From contig JBDRLL010000003.1 in assembly GCA_043813075.1 (NCBI GenBank), positions 1 to 64,000 on the forward strand: 64,000 bases of DNA, written 5' to 3'. Of this stretch, positions 49,478 to 59,474 are shown in pieces; the first letter of the stretch is position 1, and every line of letters begins with the position of its first letter. This DNA is from Candidatus Altiarchaeota archaeon. Its GTDB lineage: Archaea > Altiarchaeota > Altiarchaeia > IMC4 > SCGC-AAA252-I15. Under the pieces are notes generated by a model that was not told the DNA's origin, made no database searches, and was given only the letters and a program-made list of their open reading frames with translations. A program made the translations under genes and the position numbers.

Positions 49478-50419
49478 TCACTTGGATTTAGCATCAGTTA
49501 TGCCATCAGTGACAACCTCGAAAACACATTCCGCGTCAGGCATGTTGGGGGAGTCGATAAGGGACGCAACCCTCTTAGAACCCTTACCCTTCTTCAAATA
49601 AACCCTGAATGTAGAGTGATGGCCGACTATGTGACCGCCTATTGGCGCGGTCGGGTCGCCGAACAGTATGTCAGGCCTCGACATGACCTGGTTAGTGACT
49701 ATGACAGCGGCATTATGAAGGTCAGCTATCTTCCTCTGGAGGGTGTGCATGTGCCTGTTAAGCTTCTGCTGCCTTGAGGCGAGCGTGCCACGGCCAGTGT
49801 ATTCAGCCCGGAAATGCGCCGTAAGCGAGTCGACTATGAGCAGTTTTATGTTCTTCTCCTTCATCATCTCAGCCGCTTTCTCTGCGAGAAGCATCTGGTG
49901 GTCGCTGTTGTATGCACGCGCGACATATATGTTCTTCAACACCTCTTCAGGCTTTAGCTTAAGCGCCTTAGCCATCTGCTGGATACGTTCAGGCCTGAAC
50001 GTGTTTTCGGTGTCAATGTATATTGCGCTGCCTTCCAGACCACCCTTGGACTTGGGAAGCTGCACGTTGACTGCAAGCTGGTGAGCCACCTGAGTCTTGC
50101 CGGAACCGAATTTGCCGAACATCTCTGTTATGGCCTGTGTCTCGATTCCGCCACCGAAAAGCTTGTCGAATTCCTTGCTGCCGGTGGATAGCTTACCAAC
50201 CAAATCTCTTTTCGCTAGGACTTCCAGGCCAGACTCGAAGCCCATCTTGAGGTTATCGCGGGCTGCGGCAACGATCTTTACTGCGGTCGCTTCTCCAATC
50301 CCGATATCCTTCATCTCATTGGTGGATGCTGCGGCAATCGCCTCTAGGGTGTCGTATCCCGCCTCCTTGAGCTTTTCAGCTATGGATTCCCCGACACCAG
50401 GTAGTTCCTCTATTTCCAT
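49478..50419 (-). CDS. radA: DNA repair and recombination protein RadA
   Basis: N-terminal Hh[31 protein letters not shown]. Confidence 0.97.
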   Translation of the reverse strand: MEIEELPGVGESIAEKLKEAGYDTLEAIAAASTNEMKDIGIGEATAVKIVAAARDNLKMGFESGLEVLAKRDLVGKLSTGSKEFDKLFGGGIETQAITEMFGKFGSGKTQVAHQLAVNVQLPKSKGGLEGSAIYIDTENTFRPERIQQMAKALKLKPEEVLKNIYVARAYNSDHQMLLAEKAAEMMKEKNIKLLIVDSLTAHFRAEYTGRGTLASRQQKLNRHMHTLQRKIADLHNAAVIVTNQVMSRPDILFGDPTAPIGGHIVGHHSTFRVYLKKGKGSKRVASLIDSPNMPDAECVFEVVTDGITDAKSK

Positions 50420-50486
50420 TTCAGAGCTAACAGTTATTTGAAGATGACATTAAAAAATGGCCTACAGAGAGAGTGATTGAAAAGTA

Positions 50487-52430
50487 TTAATCCATGATTT
50501 TGCCTAGTTTTTCTATTATCTTGTCGCCGCGCAAAAGGGAGTTTTTCAGCACGTCTATCAGCGTCTTCGCGGGTATGATCTCTATCTTGCCCTCATACTT
50601 TTTCTCCAGTAGGACATCCTTCATGTTGCTTTCAGGTATTATAACCCTCTTTAAGCCAGCCTCTATGGCAGCCTCTATCTTGTGGGTTACACCACCTACT
50701 GGAAGAACCTCGCCCCTAACAGTAAGGGATCCTGTCATCGCGACTTCCTGGCTGACCGGAACCTTCTCCAACGCGGATATCACCGCTACTGCAACGCTCA
50801 CTGAAGCGGAGTCACCCTCAACACCCTCATACGTCTGGAGGAACTGGACGTGTATGTCGTGGTTGCTCACATCCTTGCCGCTAATCATCTTGACCAATGC
50901 CGAAACGTTCGTCACCGCTTCTTTCGCTATCTCACCCAGCTTCCCTGTGGCGATTATCTTCCCAGACTTCTGCGTGTGAGCGGGAGCGACCTCAGCGACT
51001 ATGGGGAGCACCGTCCCCCCGTCACCCATGACTGCGAGACCGTTCACCCGACCAACCTTGCTGCCTTCGATGATGAGAATGTTGTACTCCTTCTTCCGAT
51101 CCAAGTAGACGTCGCCAATCTGCTGCTCAAGGGTTCTCGCAGACTTCTTACCCTCAAAAACATCCTGTGGAGTCACATACTTGTGCTTCTTCTCGTTCGC
51201 TATGTCCCCCGCAGCCCGTATGAGACCTCCGAGCTCGCGGAACTTCAACGTGATCTTATCTCGCATGCCAGCCTTTCTCTTGGCCTCACGGATTATCTCC
51301 TCCACAGCCTCCTTCGTGAAGTGGGGTATCTTACCGTCCTTCGTAACCTCCTGGGCGACGAACTGGATGAACTTCTTGCGCACTTCATCTGTGTCGTCAA
51401 CCATCTCCTCCATGAATATCTCATACCCGTAGCCACGTATCCTGGATCGGAGGGCCGGATGCATCTGCTCTATCACCTGGATGTTGCCTGCCGCTATTAG
51501 TATGAAATCGCAGGGCACCGGATCTGTCATCACCATAGCCCCTGAACTCATCTCGCTCCGCCCGGTTATGCCAAGCCTCTTCTCCTGTATTGCTGTCAGA
51601 AGATCCAGCTGGCTCTTACCTAAAGTCCCGACCTCGTCGATGAACAACACCCCCTTATTGGCCTTGTGGATAAAACCCGCTACAACACGGACGTGGGCAG
51701 GTGTGCCGAGACCACCACTCTGCAGGGGATCATGCTTCACATCACCGAGAAGCGCTCCAGCGTGAGCTCCAGTACCGTCGAAGAACGGAGCCATCTTGCG
51801 TTCCGCATTATCGACTATAAGCCGGGGGACCATAGTCTTGGAGCCGCCCATAACACCCCTTATGTTCACCCCAAACAACAGCAGTAATACAACCCCGAAC
51901 GCCATCCACGCAGCGACTATTATACCGTCCTTGACTATGCCGAAGATGTAGGCGCCTATCGGCAGCAGCAGGAACAGGAAGAATAGCATGGGCATGCTGA
52001 TCCCCTTACCGCCGGAACTAGCAGACTCCTTATCCCGCTCCGCCTTGATTATCTTCCTGCCCTCACCAGCAGGAACAACTATGGTCTTTGGGTTGTTCTC
52101 ATCCTCCATGTTGGCGATGCTCAACACATCAACCAGTTCCTCACACGGCAGGAGTTCGGCCATAGCGTTCGCGAGCATGCTCTTTCCAGTACCAGGCTCG
52201 CCTATGAGCAGTATGTGGCGCCTCTGCCTCGCAGCCTTCTTTATTATGCCTACCGCCTTGTCCTGACCGATGACCTGGTCTATAATCCGCTTTGGAACGT
52301 GAATCTCGTCCGTGTTCTTGAAGTCACTCCACTTCTTCATGTCCTCGACATTCTTCTTCTCGTCCGCGACGACACTCTCCGACTCCTTCTTGTCTAAGGG
52401 CTTATCCGCGGAAACAGTATTCTCTTCCAT
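50487..52430 (-). CDS. lonB: Membrane-anchored ATP-dependent protease LonB
   Basis: GEPGTGKS, two-TM insert, FIDE, catalytic EGDSAS and GGVTHK. Confidence 0.96.
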   Translation of the reverse strand: MEENTVSADKPLDKKESESVVADEKKNVEDMKKWSDFKNTDEIHVPKRIIDQVIGQDKAVGIIKKAARQRRHILLIGEPGTGKSMLANAMAELLPCEELVDVLSIANMEDENNPKTIVVPAGEGRKIIKAERDKESASSGGKGISMPMLFFLFLLLPIGAYIFGIVKDGIIVAAWMAFGVVLLLLFGVNIRGVMGGSKTMVPRLIVDNAERKMAPFFDGTGAHAGALLGDVKHDPLQSGGLGTPAHVRVVAGFIHKANKGVLFIDEVGTLGKSQLDLLTAIQEKRLGITGRSEMSSGAMVMTDPVPCDFILIAAGNIQVIEQMHPALRSRIRGYGYEIFMEEMVDDTDEVRKKFIQFVAQEVTKDGKIPHFTKEAVEEIIREAKRKAGMRDKITLKFRELGGLIRAAGDIANEKKHKYVTPQDVFEGKKSARTLEQQIGDVYLDRKKEYNILIIEGSKVGRVNGLAVMGDGGTVLPIVAEVAPAHTQKSGKIIATGKLGEIAKEAVTNVSALVKMISGKDVSNHDIHVQFLQTYEGVEGDSASVSVAVAVISALEKVPVSQEVAMTGSLTVRGEVLPVGGVTHKIEAAIEAGLKRVIIPESNMKDVLLEKKYEGKIEIIPAKTLIDVLKNSLLRGDKIIEKLGKIMD

Positions 52431-52473
52431 GCTCAAGTAATACTAGTATTAAAATTTAATAACCAGGGAGGGT

Positions 52474-53448
52474 TCACCAGGTCACTATTATGTCATCAGT
52501 CCTCTGCCTGCTGTCGACGACCGTGTCTGAGACGCTCATCCTGACACCCGCATCATGCATCTTCAGGCCGGTCATCCCTATCATAACCCCGTTGTCGCCC
52601 AGAAACCTACCGGGGAAGTCAAAGCACGCACCGTGTTCACCAGTCATTAGTGACATCATCTCCTGAAGCCGCTTATTGTATCCCACCCCGCCCGCGAGGA
52701 GCACCTCCTTTGCCTTAAGGTGTGCCAGCGCCCTCTCTGAGACCTCACACATCATGCTGAACGCAGTCTCCTGAAGGCTGAAGCAGACGTCCTCAAGCCG
52801 TTCACCAGACCTGTACTTCTGGAGGGCGGCAGTCAGTATGCCGGAAAAACTCATGTCAGTCCCCTTAACCACATAGGGGAGTTCAATGTACTTGCCTCCG
52901 TTACGAGCCAACTCCTCTATCTTCGGGCCTGCAGGATGGGATAGGCCAGTCTCCCTCCCGAACTTGTCGAGCATGTTTCCAGCCCCTATGTCCAGAGTCT
53001 CCCCGAATACCCGGTACCTGCCGTCCTTGAGCTTGATGACCTGGCTGTTAGCGCCAGACACGTAAAGCACAAGAGGGTCTGTGAACCCGGATAAAATCTT
53101 TCCAACCTCTATGTGGGCTACACAATGGTTGACGCCTATCAGGGGGATGTTATAGTGGAGTGACAATGCTCTCGCGGCAGTGGCGACAGTGCGCAGGCAA
53201 GGGCCTAGACCAGGACCCTGGCTGAAAGCTATCAAACCCACTTCACTTATGGATATTCCAGCATCATTCAACGCCTTGTCCAATGTAGGCTTAACGCGTT
53301 CAGTCATGTGCTGGCTCGCATCACGAGGGTGTATGCCCCCAGACTCAGGACTGTACGTGTCGCGGACATCAGCCAACACATTGTATTCCCCGTCAACCAC
53401 GCCCACACCCATAGTATGTGCGGTACCCTCAAAACCGACTACAATCAT
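52474..53448 (-). CDS. kae1: tRNA N6-threonylcarbamoyltransferase Kae1 (not fused to Bud32)
   Basis: EGTAHT, GPGLGP, NHCVAHIE, ETLDIG.GN, DNG.MI. Confidence 0.96.
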   Translation of the reverse strand: MIVVGFEGTAHTMGVGVVDGEYNVLADVRDTYSPESGGIHPRDASQHMTERVKPTLDKALNDAGISISEVGLIAFSQGPGLGPCLRTVATAARALSLHYNIPLIGVNHCVAHIEVGKILSGFTDPLVLYVSGANSQVIKLKDGRYRVFGETLDIGAGNMLDKFGRETGLSHPAGPKIEELARNGGKYIELPYVVKGTDMSFSGILTAALQKYRSGERLEDVCFSLQETAFSMMCEVSERALAHLKAKEVLLAGGVGYNKRLQEMMSLMTGEHGACFDFPGRFLGDNGVMIGMTGLKMHDAGVRMSVSDTVVDSRQRTDDIIVTW

Positions 53449-53502
53449 CGTTTAATACGGTGTATGGCAGGCATAAAAACACTTGAAACAAAGTAGTATT
53501 CA

Positions 53503-54453
53503 ATGAAAGACGGGAGGGAAGTCCACACGCTGATATGCCACAAACACGTGAACGTGGGTTTGAAGTGCCTCGATTCCCTGCTGAGGTTCTCGCAGGACCC
53601 GCTAAAGCTGGTCATACACGACGACGGAACGCTAACAGACAAAGACGCGGAAGAAGTGAAGTCAAAGTTGGATAACGCCATGCTGATAAGACGTGACGAG
53701 GCGGATGAAAAAGTCAAACCCATGCTAGCGAACCACCCGCACTGCATGAAACTGAGGGAGGTCAATCCACTATCATTAAAACTGATGGACGGGCCGCTAC
53801 TTAGCAATGGAGACTATGCGTACTGTGATGCTGACGTCCTGTTCACACGGCCGTTCACGGGACTGTTCAAATGGCCTGACGAGAAGACTTCAATGGTTTT
53901 TATGAAAGACAGTATTGACTCGTACGTCCTGAAGCTCAGGCATGTGATTGGATCTGGGAGGATGAGGATTTTATCGAAGATAAACACGGGGCTGATATTT
54001 GTCAGAAGGGGTGGTTACAGTCTAGACGCATTGGAGAACATCGTGCAGAAATTGGATTACAGGCAAGGCCATCAGTTCTATGAGCAAACCTGCTGGGCGT
54101 TGATGGCTGCGGGAGCGGAGTGCAGGCAATACGATCCCTTGAGAATCAGGACCACGATAAGTGACGTGCGGGGATGCCTGGAGGACTACAGGGGGCTTAC
54201 CGGCATTCACCTGACCGGGCCTAACAAGATGAACATAGACTACATGCTTGATGGACTTGGGTCTGGTGATGATGAAGAGGTGGAAGAGATTGGGACGGTA
54301 GATGCTGCGGAAGCGGGTTTAAAGGATTTGAGTAGAACCATCGTTTATTTCACGCCAGCATACGGGGGATACGTTAGATTATACAGGGACTACTACGCCA
54401 ACACACGGGTTTACAGGATGATGCGGGGCATTCGAGAAAAATACGGGATCTGA
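53503..54453 (+). CDS. Putative GT-A fold glycosyltransferase; paralog of 63016..63972
   Basis: IHDDGTL, KLMD, DADVLF, INTG, EQTCWA. Confidence 0.65.
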   Translation: MKDGREVHTLICHKHVNVGLKCLDSLLRFSQDPLKLVIHDDGTLTDKDAEEVKSKLDNAMLIRRDEADEKVKPMLANHPHCMKLREVNPLSLKLMDGPLLSNGDYAYCDADVLFTRPFTGLFKWPDEKTSMVFMKDSIDSYVLKLRHVIGSGRMRILSKINTGLIFVRRGGYSLDALENIVQKLDYRQGHQFYEQTCWALMAAGAECRQYDPLRIRTTISDVRGCLEDYRGLTGIHLTGPNKMNIDYMLDGLGSGDDEEVEEIGTVDAAEAGLKDLSRTIVYFTPAYGGYVRLYRDYYANTRVYRMMRGIREKYGI

Positions 54454-54521
54454 TGAACCGCATCTAGCTTAATGCATCACCATATAAGACAGACGCCATT
54501 TATTAGTATTGTATTGTCCTA

Positions 54522-55046
54522 ATGTATACCATCATGGGTGTGGGAATACTATCCGGCACGAAAGTCCTGGTGGGTGACAGCGACACCAAGAGCCAGCTTA
54601 TTCAAAGGGGATTCGGTGAGGAGGAGGATGGGACTTACGTCCTGTCGCTCATAGAGGCTTTATTCCTCGTGGAGGAGGTTAAGCTAGACGTTATGAAGAA
54701 GGAGAAGCCCCTCTCGTTCGAAGACCTCGTTAAGCTCGGCTCAGCCAAGGAAGAGGAATTCTACAACAAATACATCGTCTACAAGGACTTGAGGAAGCGT
54801 GGCCTTGTCGTGAGGACTGGATTGAAGTTTGGCACAGACTTCCGGCTCTATGACCGAGGAGGCAGTGTGGGTAAAAGCCACTCCAAATACCTGGTGCACG
54901 TGGTGCCTGAGGAGTACTCCTGCAGTTTCCCTGAGATGGCGCGAGCACTACGACTAGCGAAGAACGTGAACAAGGACATGATATACGCCATAGTCGATGA
55001 GGAATGCGACGTCACGTATTACCTGGTTGATAGGATGAGGCTGTAA
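54522..55046 (+). CDS. endA: tRNA splicing endonuclease (single-unit, alpha4-like)
   Basis: LSLIEALFL, VYKDLRKRG..VRTGLKFG.DFRLY, catalytic His (SHS) and Lys (VNK); alternative start at 54534. Confidence 0.93.
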   Translation: MYTIMGVGILSGTKVLVGDSDTKSQLIQRGFGEEEDGTYVLSLIEALFLVEEVKLDVMKKEKPLSFEDLVKLGSAKEEEFYNKYIVYKDLRKRGLVVRTGLKFGTDFRLYDRGGSVGKSHSKYLVHVVPEEYSCSFPEMARALRLAKNVNKDMIYAIVDEECDVTYYLVDRMRL

Positions 55047-55393
55047 TGGACTACAGGAAGTTCGCCATAGACTTCATAATCGGCGGCATGATGGTGGCAG
55101 GCGCTGTGACAGTGGGAGTGCTAGTGAACCCCGCCTTGGGGGGTATTATGGCCGGAGCTCCTCTGCGTCTCGCAAGCACCATATTCCTTACTGGAATGCA
55201 TGAAGGGGATAAACTAGCCTATGAGATGGCGAAAGGCTCGCTCTACGCAGTGTTGGGGACACTATTGTTCTCACTGTCGCTTGTGTACTTGATGCCCAAA
55301 GTGGGTTTGACCAGGAGCTTTGTCTTATCCACGACAGTCTGGATGATTGCGACGATAGGGCTTTATTCCATAGGGAAGGCTGTCCTTAGGTAG
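55046..55393 (+). CDS. Small four-TM membrane protein (DUF3147-like)
   Basis: FIIGG..V, GGIMAGAP; four hydrophobic segments. Confidence 0.6.
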   Translation: MDYRKFAIDFIIGGMMVAGAVTVGVLVNPALGGIMAGAPLRLASTIFLTGMHEGDKLAYEMAKGSLYAVLGTLLFSLSLVYLMPKVGLTRSFVLSTTVWMIATIGLYSIGKAVLR

Positions 55394-57028
55394 TCAGCTT
55401 AGAAAGGTTTTTTCAGTTACGGTTATGCTCGGCTTCTGGCTCTGATTGTAGAAGTACGTGTAAGTCGTCCCGCAACCATAAGCCTTATCACCCACGCAAG
55501 TGACTATGTGCCTGGTGTCGGACACCATGCCAGCCATCGTATTCTTGACTGTAGGGTCAAAGTAGACCCAACCACCATCATAGTACTCAACCCACGCATG
55601 GCCGTCGGCGCTGCTCGAGTTCACCAGGAATCCGGTAACCCTCCTTGCTGGTATGCCAAGGCATCTGAGGAATACTGCGGCAAGATCCGCGTGCTCATCG
55701 CACGCGCCCTTACGGTTAGAGTAAGCGTATAACCCACCATGCTCCAGCTCGTCAGCGTAGTATTCTATGTTGTCGTTCATCCAGGAGTAGACTTCAATCA
55801 CCGTATCGCCCGGTTTCCCTGACCTGAATGCCTCAGACGGGGGGCATAACATCTTCGACGCCACACTGTCCATCTCCAACGCATAGGACATGTCAGCTGA
55901 CGCCATCATCCTCTTAGACGGCCTTAAACCGCCATTCAACTCTACATCCTGGGTTATCCTTATCTCCCTTATGCCTTTACCATCGAAATCCAGCTCATAG
56001 GAGTAGACCATATTACCGTCATCATCCACAAAACTAGACTTCGGACTAATGCTTGACTTGGTTTCGATGAGACGCTGATACGGCAGGTAGTCTATGGCGG
56101 CGGGCGTCACATTCAATACGATGCTGGTGCCATACCCGGAATTCTCAACAGTCACCACCTTAGTTATCCTACGTCTCTCGACGCAATCACGGCCACACAC
56201 ATCACCGCAGTCGACGCGCTCCTCCCGCCCATCAAGGATATTGTTGTTGCAGTCCTGCTGGAGTTCATTGTAGTCTTTAATGTGCTTGTTGAATCTGTCG
56301 ACGAACTCACGGTCCTGCTGGACGGACTCTGTCATCAGCGTGTTCGCGGAGTTGAGGAGTCCTGGCTTCCTCTCCGTAGCGTACTTTATCATCTGATCGA
56401 TGGACTTCAGATATAGCTCAAGAGTGTTGTCGAATATCGAGTGCATGCCAGCGAACTCTGTTGGGGGTGTGAGCATCTTCAGACGGGAATGTATCGAAGA
56501 TATGCGGGAGTAGGACTCGATAGCACTCACCTTCAGGGCGTTGAAGTCGTAGTCCCTGTTGTACGCGTTGACTGCGCCACCATACTCCATGGACTCGTTG
56601 TACCACTCATCCCTCAAAGCGTTTATCCTGTTGACGTAGTTCGTACCGGAGTCATTGCACGGGTCGCATGGCCCGCCACAGTCCACCCCCTTCTCCCCCT
56701 GATTCTGCATGCCATCGATGCACGTCGCTCTGCAGTCTTGAGGGCAGTTGAGGTAGTCTTCAGTGGTCTCGCACGCGCTGTTCCCACAGCATTCAAGGAG
56801 CTCCTGGGACACGCAACTCCCGTTCATGCACGTGTATGCAATGCAGCCGCCGGTGCCGTAACACCCCTTTTCCGGGCCGTCAACAGGAGTGTAAACACAC
56901 TCCATGCTGTCGTTGCAGTAGTCAAAGGTGCATGGATTACTGTCGTCGCACACTGGACACTGGCGAGTGCAACCTAAAGCCATGAAAACCACTAAGGCGA
57001 CGACGGGAATAATGTTCCTCGACTCCAT
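55394..57028 (-). CDS. Lipoprotein with Cys-rich repeats and a C-terminal transglutaminase-like domain
   Basis: Lipobox ALGC, CDDSNPCT, VDCGG.C, catalytic GACDEHA / HAWVE / FDPT. Confidence 0.85.
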   Translation of the reverse strand: MESRNIIPVVALVVFMALGCTRQCPVCDDSNPCTFDYCNDSMECVYTPVDGPEKGCYGTGGCIAYTCMNGSCVSQELLECCGNSACETTEDYLNCPQDCRATCIDGMQNQGEKGVDCGGPCDPCNDSGTNYVNRINALRDEWYNESMEYGGAVNAYNRDYDFNALKVSAIESYSRISSIHSRLKMLTPPTEFAGMHSIFDNTLELYLKSIDQMIKYATERKPGLLNSANTLMTESVQQDREFVDRFNKHIKDYNELQQDCNNNILDGREERVDCGDVCGRDCVERRRITKVVTVENSGYGTSIVLNVTPAAIDYLPYQRLIETKSSISPKSSFVDDDGNMVYSYELDFDGKGIREIRITQDVELNGGLRPSKRMMASADMSYALEMDSVASKMLCPPSEAFRSGKPGDTVIEVYSWMNDNIEYYADELEHGGLYAYSNRKGACDEHADLAAVFLRCLGIPARRVTGFLVNSSSADGHAWVEYYDGGWVYFDPTVKNTMAGMVSDTRHIVTCVGDKAYGCGTTYTYFYNQSQKPSITVTEKTFLS

Positions 57029-57420
57029 CAGACATTCCTCCAGAAGCCCTTGAAAATCCTCCCGAACGCTCCGGCCAGGTTTCCTTGACCAACAGTATTT
57101 TCACCGAGGAACGACAGGAGTTCCGCGTATTTAGCCGACTCCCTAGGCCCGATAATGTATTCGCTGATGACTTCCAAGTCATGGCTGTCCAGAGAAAAGC
57201 GGGGGTTGTATTTAACATATTCCGACTCCCTGTTGGTGCCGTCGTTTTTCAAGAACACTGACTCAGCCATCCCGACTTCAACGAGTATCTGCACTATCTT
57301 CCTTGCTTCAGTGAGGCTTCCAATCATCTCCCTGAGTTCGCCCACGCTTAGCCTTCCCTTGGATTGAAGCGTCTTGACTGTGTTCAATAGTTTCTCTGAG
57401 CGGGTCTTGTATTTAGACAT
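57028..57420 (-). CDS. Hypothetical protein, possible winged helix
   Basis: LSVGELREMIG...ARKIVQILVEVG pattern; coupled to the downstream gene. Confidence 0.55.
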   Translation of the reverse strand: MSKYKTRSEKLLNTVKTLQSKGRLSVGELREMIGSLTEARKIVQILVEVGMAESVFLKNDGTNRESEYVKYNPRFSLDSHDLEVISEYIIGPRESAKYAELLSFLGENTVGQGNLAGAFGRIFKGFWRNV

Positions 57421-57480
57421 CTTTGGTTTTGGATGGGGAATTGTTACCTATTTTAAAGAGTAATTAATATAGAGGATATC

Positions 57481-58485
57481 ATGGAGTACGACCTTCGCAA
57501 GCTCGCTAAATACCCGTTCCTTGATGAAGCGAAATCGTATGTTGCGTCACTGGGGATAGGTCTTGAAGGCATGACTGATGACCCCGTCTATTCCGCCTGC
57601 ATTGAGAAGGGCAGGGAGCGTGTCATATCATGCATTAACGGGGAGTTCAAGCCTGATACGGGGGAGACACTCCCGATGCAGCTGACTGTATTGAGCTATC
57701 CTATCGCGAGGATAATAGCGAACAGCCTAAAAAGCAAACCGCTTTTCGAGAAATACGCTCTAGGGGAGGCGAAGGCTGTGGGCAGGTTCCTAGAAGACGA
57801 GGATGACGAGGTGCTGGGGGAGATAGTCCAAGACCTTGACGTCAAATACTATGACGGGGTGATGCCGCTGGCGGAATACCTGAGGCTCGGCAGATTCCTG
57901 GCGAGGAGGAACAGCAAGTGGAAGCTGGTAAACCGCGTGGTGGACGGGGGCATGGTCAGGATGGACGTGTCAGACTTCAAGACAATTTTGAACGAGGCGG
58001 TTAGGATAAGGGTCATGCAGCCACTGGACGTTAAGAACGTGCCTGAGAAACTCAAGGTTATCGCCAAGAACATCAACGCGTCCATGACTGGAGTCAGGGA
58101 TGAGATCAGCATCGAGAACGTTGACATGGACGCCCTGCCGGAGTGCATACAGAAGATGATTGCGATGCTCGAGACAGGCAGCGCATCCCACAACGCCATG
58201 TTCATACTCGCAACCTTCTTCCTGAACCTCGGCCTCAACAAGGATGATGTCCTCAAAGTGTTCATGAGGTCGCCGGACTATAAGGAGGATTTAGCCAGCT
58301 ACCAGATAGAATTCCTGTCCGGCGAGAAGGGCGGGACCGCCTACACGTGCCCCACCTGCGAGACAATCAAATCCTATGGCCTGGGGTGCAGCGACTGCAC
58401 ATTCCGGCATCCACTGCAGAAGTACAGGGTTAATGCGAGGGAAAATAGGAATGCCGGCAAGTATAAAAAGAGCCATAATCAATAA
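57481..58485 (+). CDS. priL: DNA primase large subunit
   Basis: KYPFL.EA, SYPIAR, WKLVNR, LPECI, YQI, Y.CP.C, HPL. Confidence 0.92.
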   Translation: MEYDLRKLAKYPFLDEAKSYVASLGIGLEGMTDDPVYSACIEKGRERVISCINGEFKPDTGETLPMQLTVLSYPIARIIANSLKSKPLFEKYALGEAKAVGRFLEDEDDEVLGEIVQDLDVKYYDGVMPLAEYLRLGRFLARRNSKWKLVNRVVDGGMVRMDVSDFKTILNEAVRIRVMQPLDVKNVPEKLKVIAKNINASMTGVRDEISIENVDMDALPECIQKMIAMLETGSASHNAMFILATFFLNLGLNKDDVLKVFMRSPDYKEDLASYQIEFLSGEKGGTAYTCPTCETIKSYGLGCSDCTFRHPLQKYRVNARENRNAGKYKKSHNQ

Positions 58486-58491
58486 GAGTGT

Positions 58492-58809
58492 ATGGACAAA
58501 ATATTCTTGGTTAAACTAGAGAGGACTAGGGCTTACTGGGACTATTATAAGATGATCTTCACTATGCTCTGCCTTGCGTGCACCGCGCTTATTGTTTCAA
58601 CAGCCATATTCTTCCACGCTGGGGCTCTGAGTTTCATAGCAGCAGTGGGTTTGAGCGCATTGTTCCTGCTTGTGATCCTCCTCCTGCTCGCGGTCATGTC
58701 GCTGATGATATGGAGTTTTGAGAACAAGCACCTTCACGACCTGATAGCTGACGAGATAGAGGATGTCCAAGACACTCCAGAGGAGGAGCAGGAGTACCCG
58801 CTAGTCTAA
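58492..58809 (+). CDS. Hypothetical two-TM protein with an acidic tail
   Basis: 105-aa ORF directly after priL. Confidence 0.6.
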   Translation: MDKIFLVKLERTRAYWDYYKMIFTMLCLACTALIVSTAIFFHAGALSFIAAVGLSALFLLVILLLLAVMSLMIWSFENKHLHDLIADEIEDVQDTPEEEQEYPLV

Positions 58810-58950
58810 CGCAGTATTTCAGAGCAGTTGCGGGAGTATCTTCCGTGACTTCGATCTCCCATGTTCCGTTGTGGCGTCAAATCTTTCGACAGCATGCTTC
58901 TGCAGTTCCTCACGATAGACCATATTACCACATATGGTTTTTAGGGTAAA

Positions 58951-59349
58951 TCAGTAGTAGGCTAGGAGTGTTCCTGAACTGGCCCTTTCCACGGCCTTCC
59001 TGCGCATCTGGTCGTAGTCCGGCTCTCTTACGGGCTCCACAACACCAAGGTGGTCGTTTATCCATTCCACGTATTCAACAGTCTTCTTGCAGTTGTGGAT
59101 GGCGTTCTCTATGTTGTCGGGGTTGTCATTGGCCTTCATCGCGTTCAGGTAGGCGGAGCACATCTCTTTCATGTGGAGTAGTGCGGGCACGCGCATCCAT
59201 TCTATGAGGTTCTCGAGTTCTACGACGTGCAGGCCTGATAGGGTTTTGCGCAGGTTGTTTCTCGCTTCTTTGCGGATCTCCTTGTTCGGGTGCCATACGT
59301 CCGAGTGGTTGTTTATGAGCACCCGCGTGTCGATACCCCTTAAATCCAT
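58951..59349 (-). CDS. Hypothetical protein
   Basis: Open frame filling the gap; ATG preceded by GGGGGA. Confidence 0.5.
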   Translation of the reverse strand: MDLRGIDTRVLINNHSDVWHPNKEIRKEARNNLRKTLSGLHVVELENLIEWMRVPALLHMKEMCSAYLNAMKANDNPDNIENAIHNCKKTVEYVEWINDHLGVVEPVREPDYDQMRRKAVERASSGTLLAYY

Positions 59350-59407
59350 TCCCCCATTAATTATCACGGAATCAGGGGGTTAAAAAGGCGTTTCTAGAGC
59401 AAAGGAA

Positions 59408-59473
59408 AAGAAAAAAAACTTTTAAAATATAAGAAAATGTTTTATTATATAAGATAATTTTTTATAGTATAAG
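59408..59473. repeat. 20-bp-period AT-rich repeat, locus 3
   Basis: TATAAGAAAATGTTTTATTA / TATAAGATAATTTTTTATAG / TATAAG starting at 59428, 59448 and 59468. Confidence 0.65.
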
Positions 59474-59474
59474 G

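Noticed and set aside
39277-52430. Inteins in MCM, RadA or LonB
   Set aside because: Protein lengths are normal and the Walker A regions are uninterrupted
58819-58923. 34-aa ORF on the minus strand (MVYREELQKH...)
   Set aside because: No recognisable motif; cannot be told from chance without homologs
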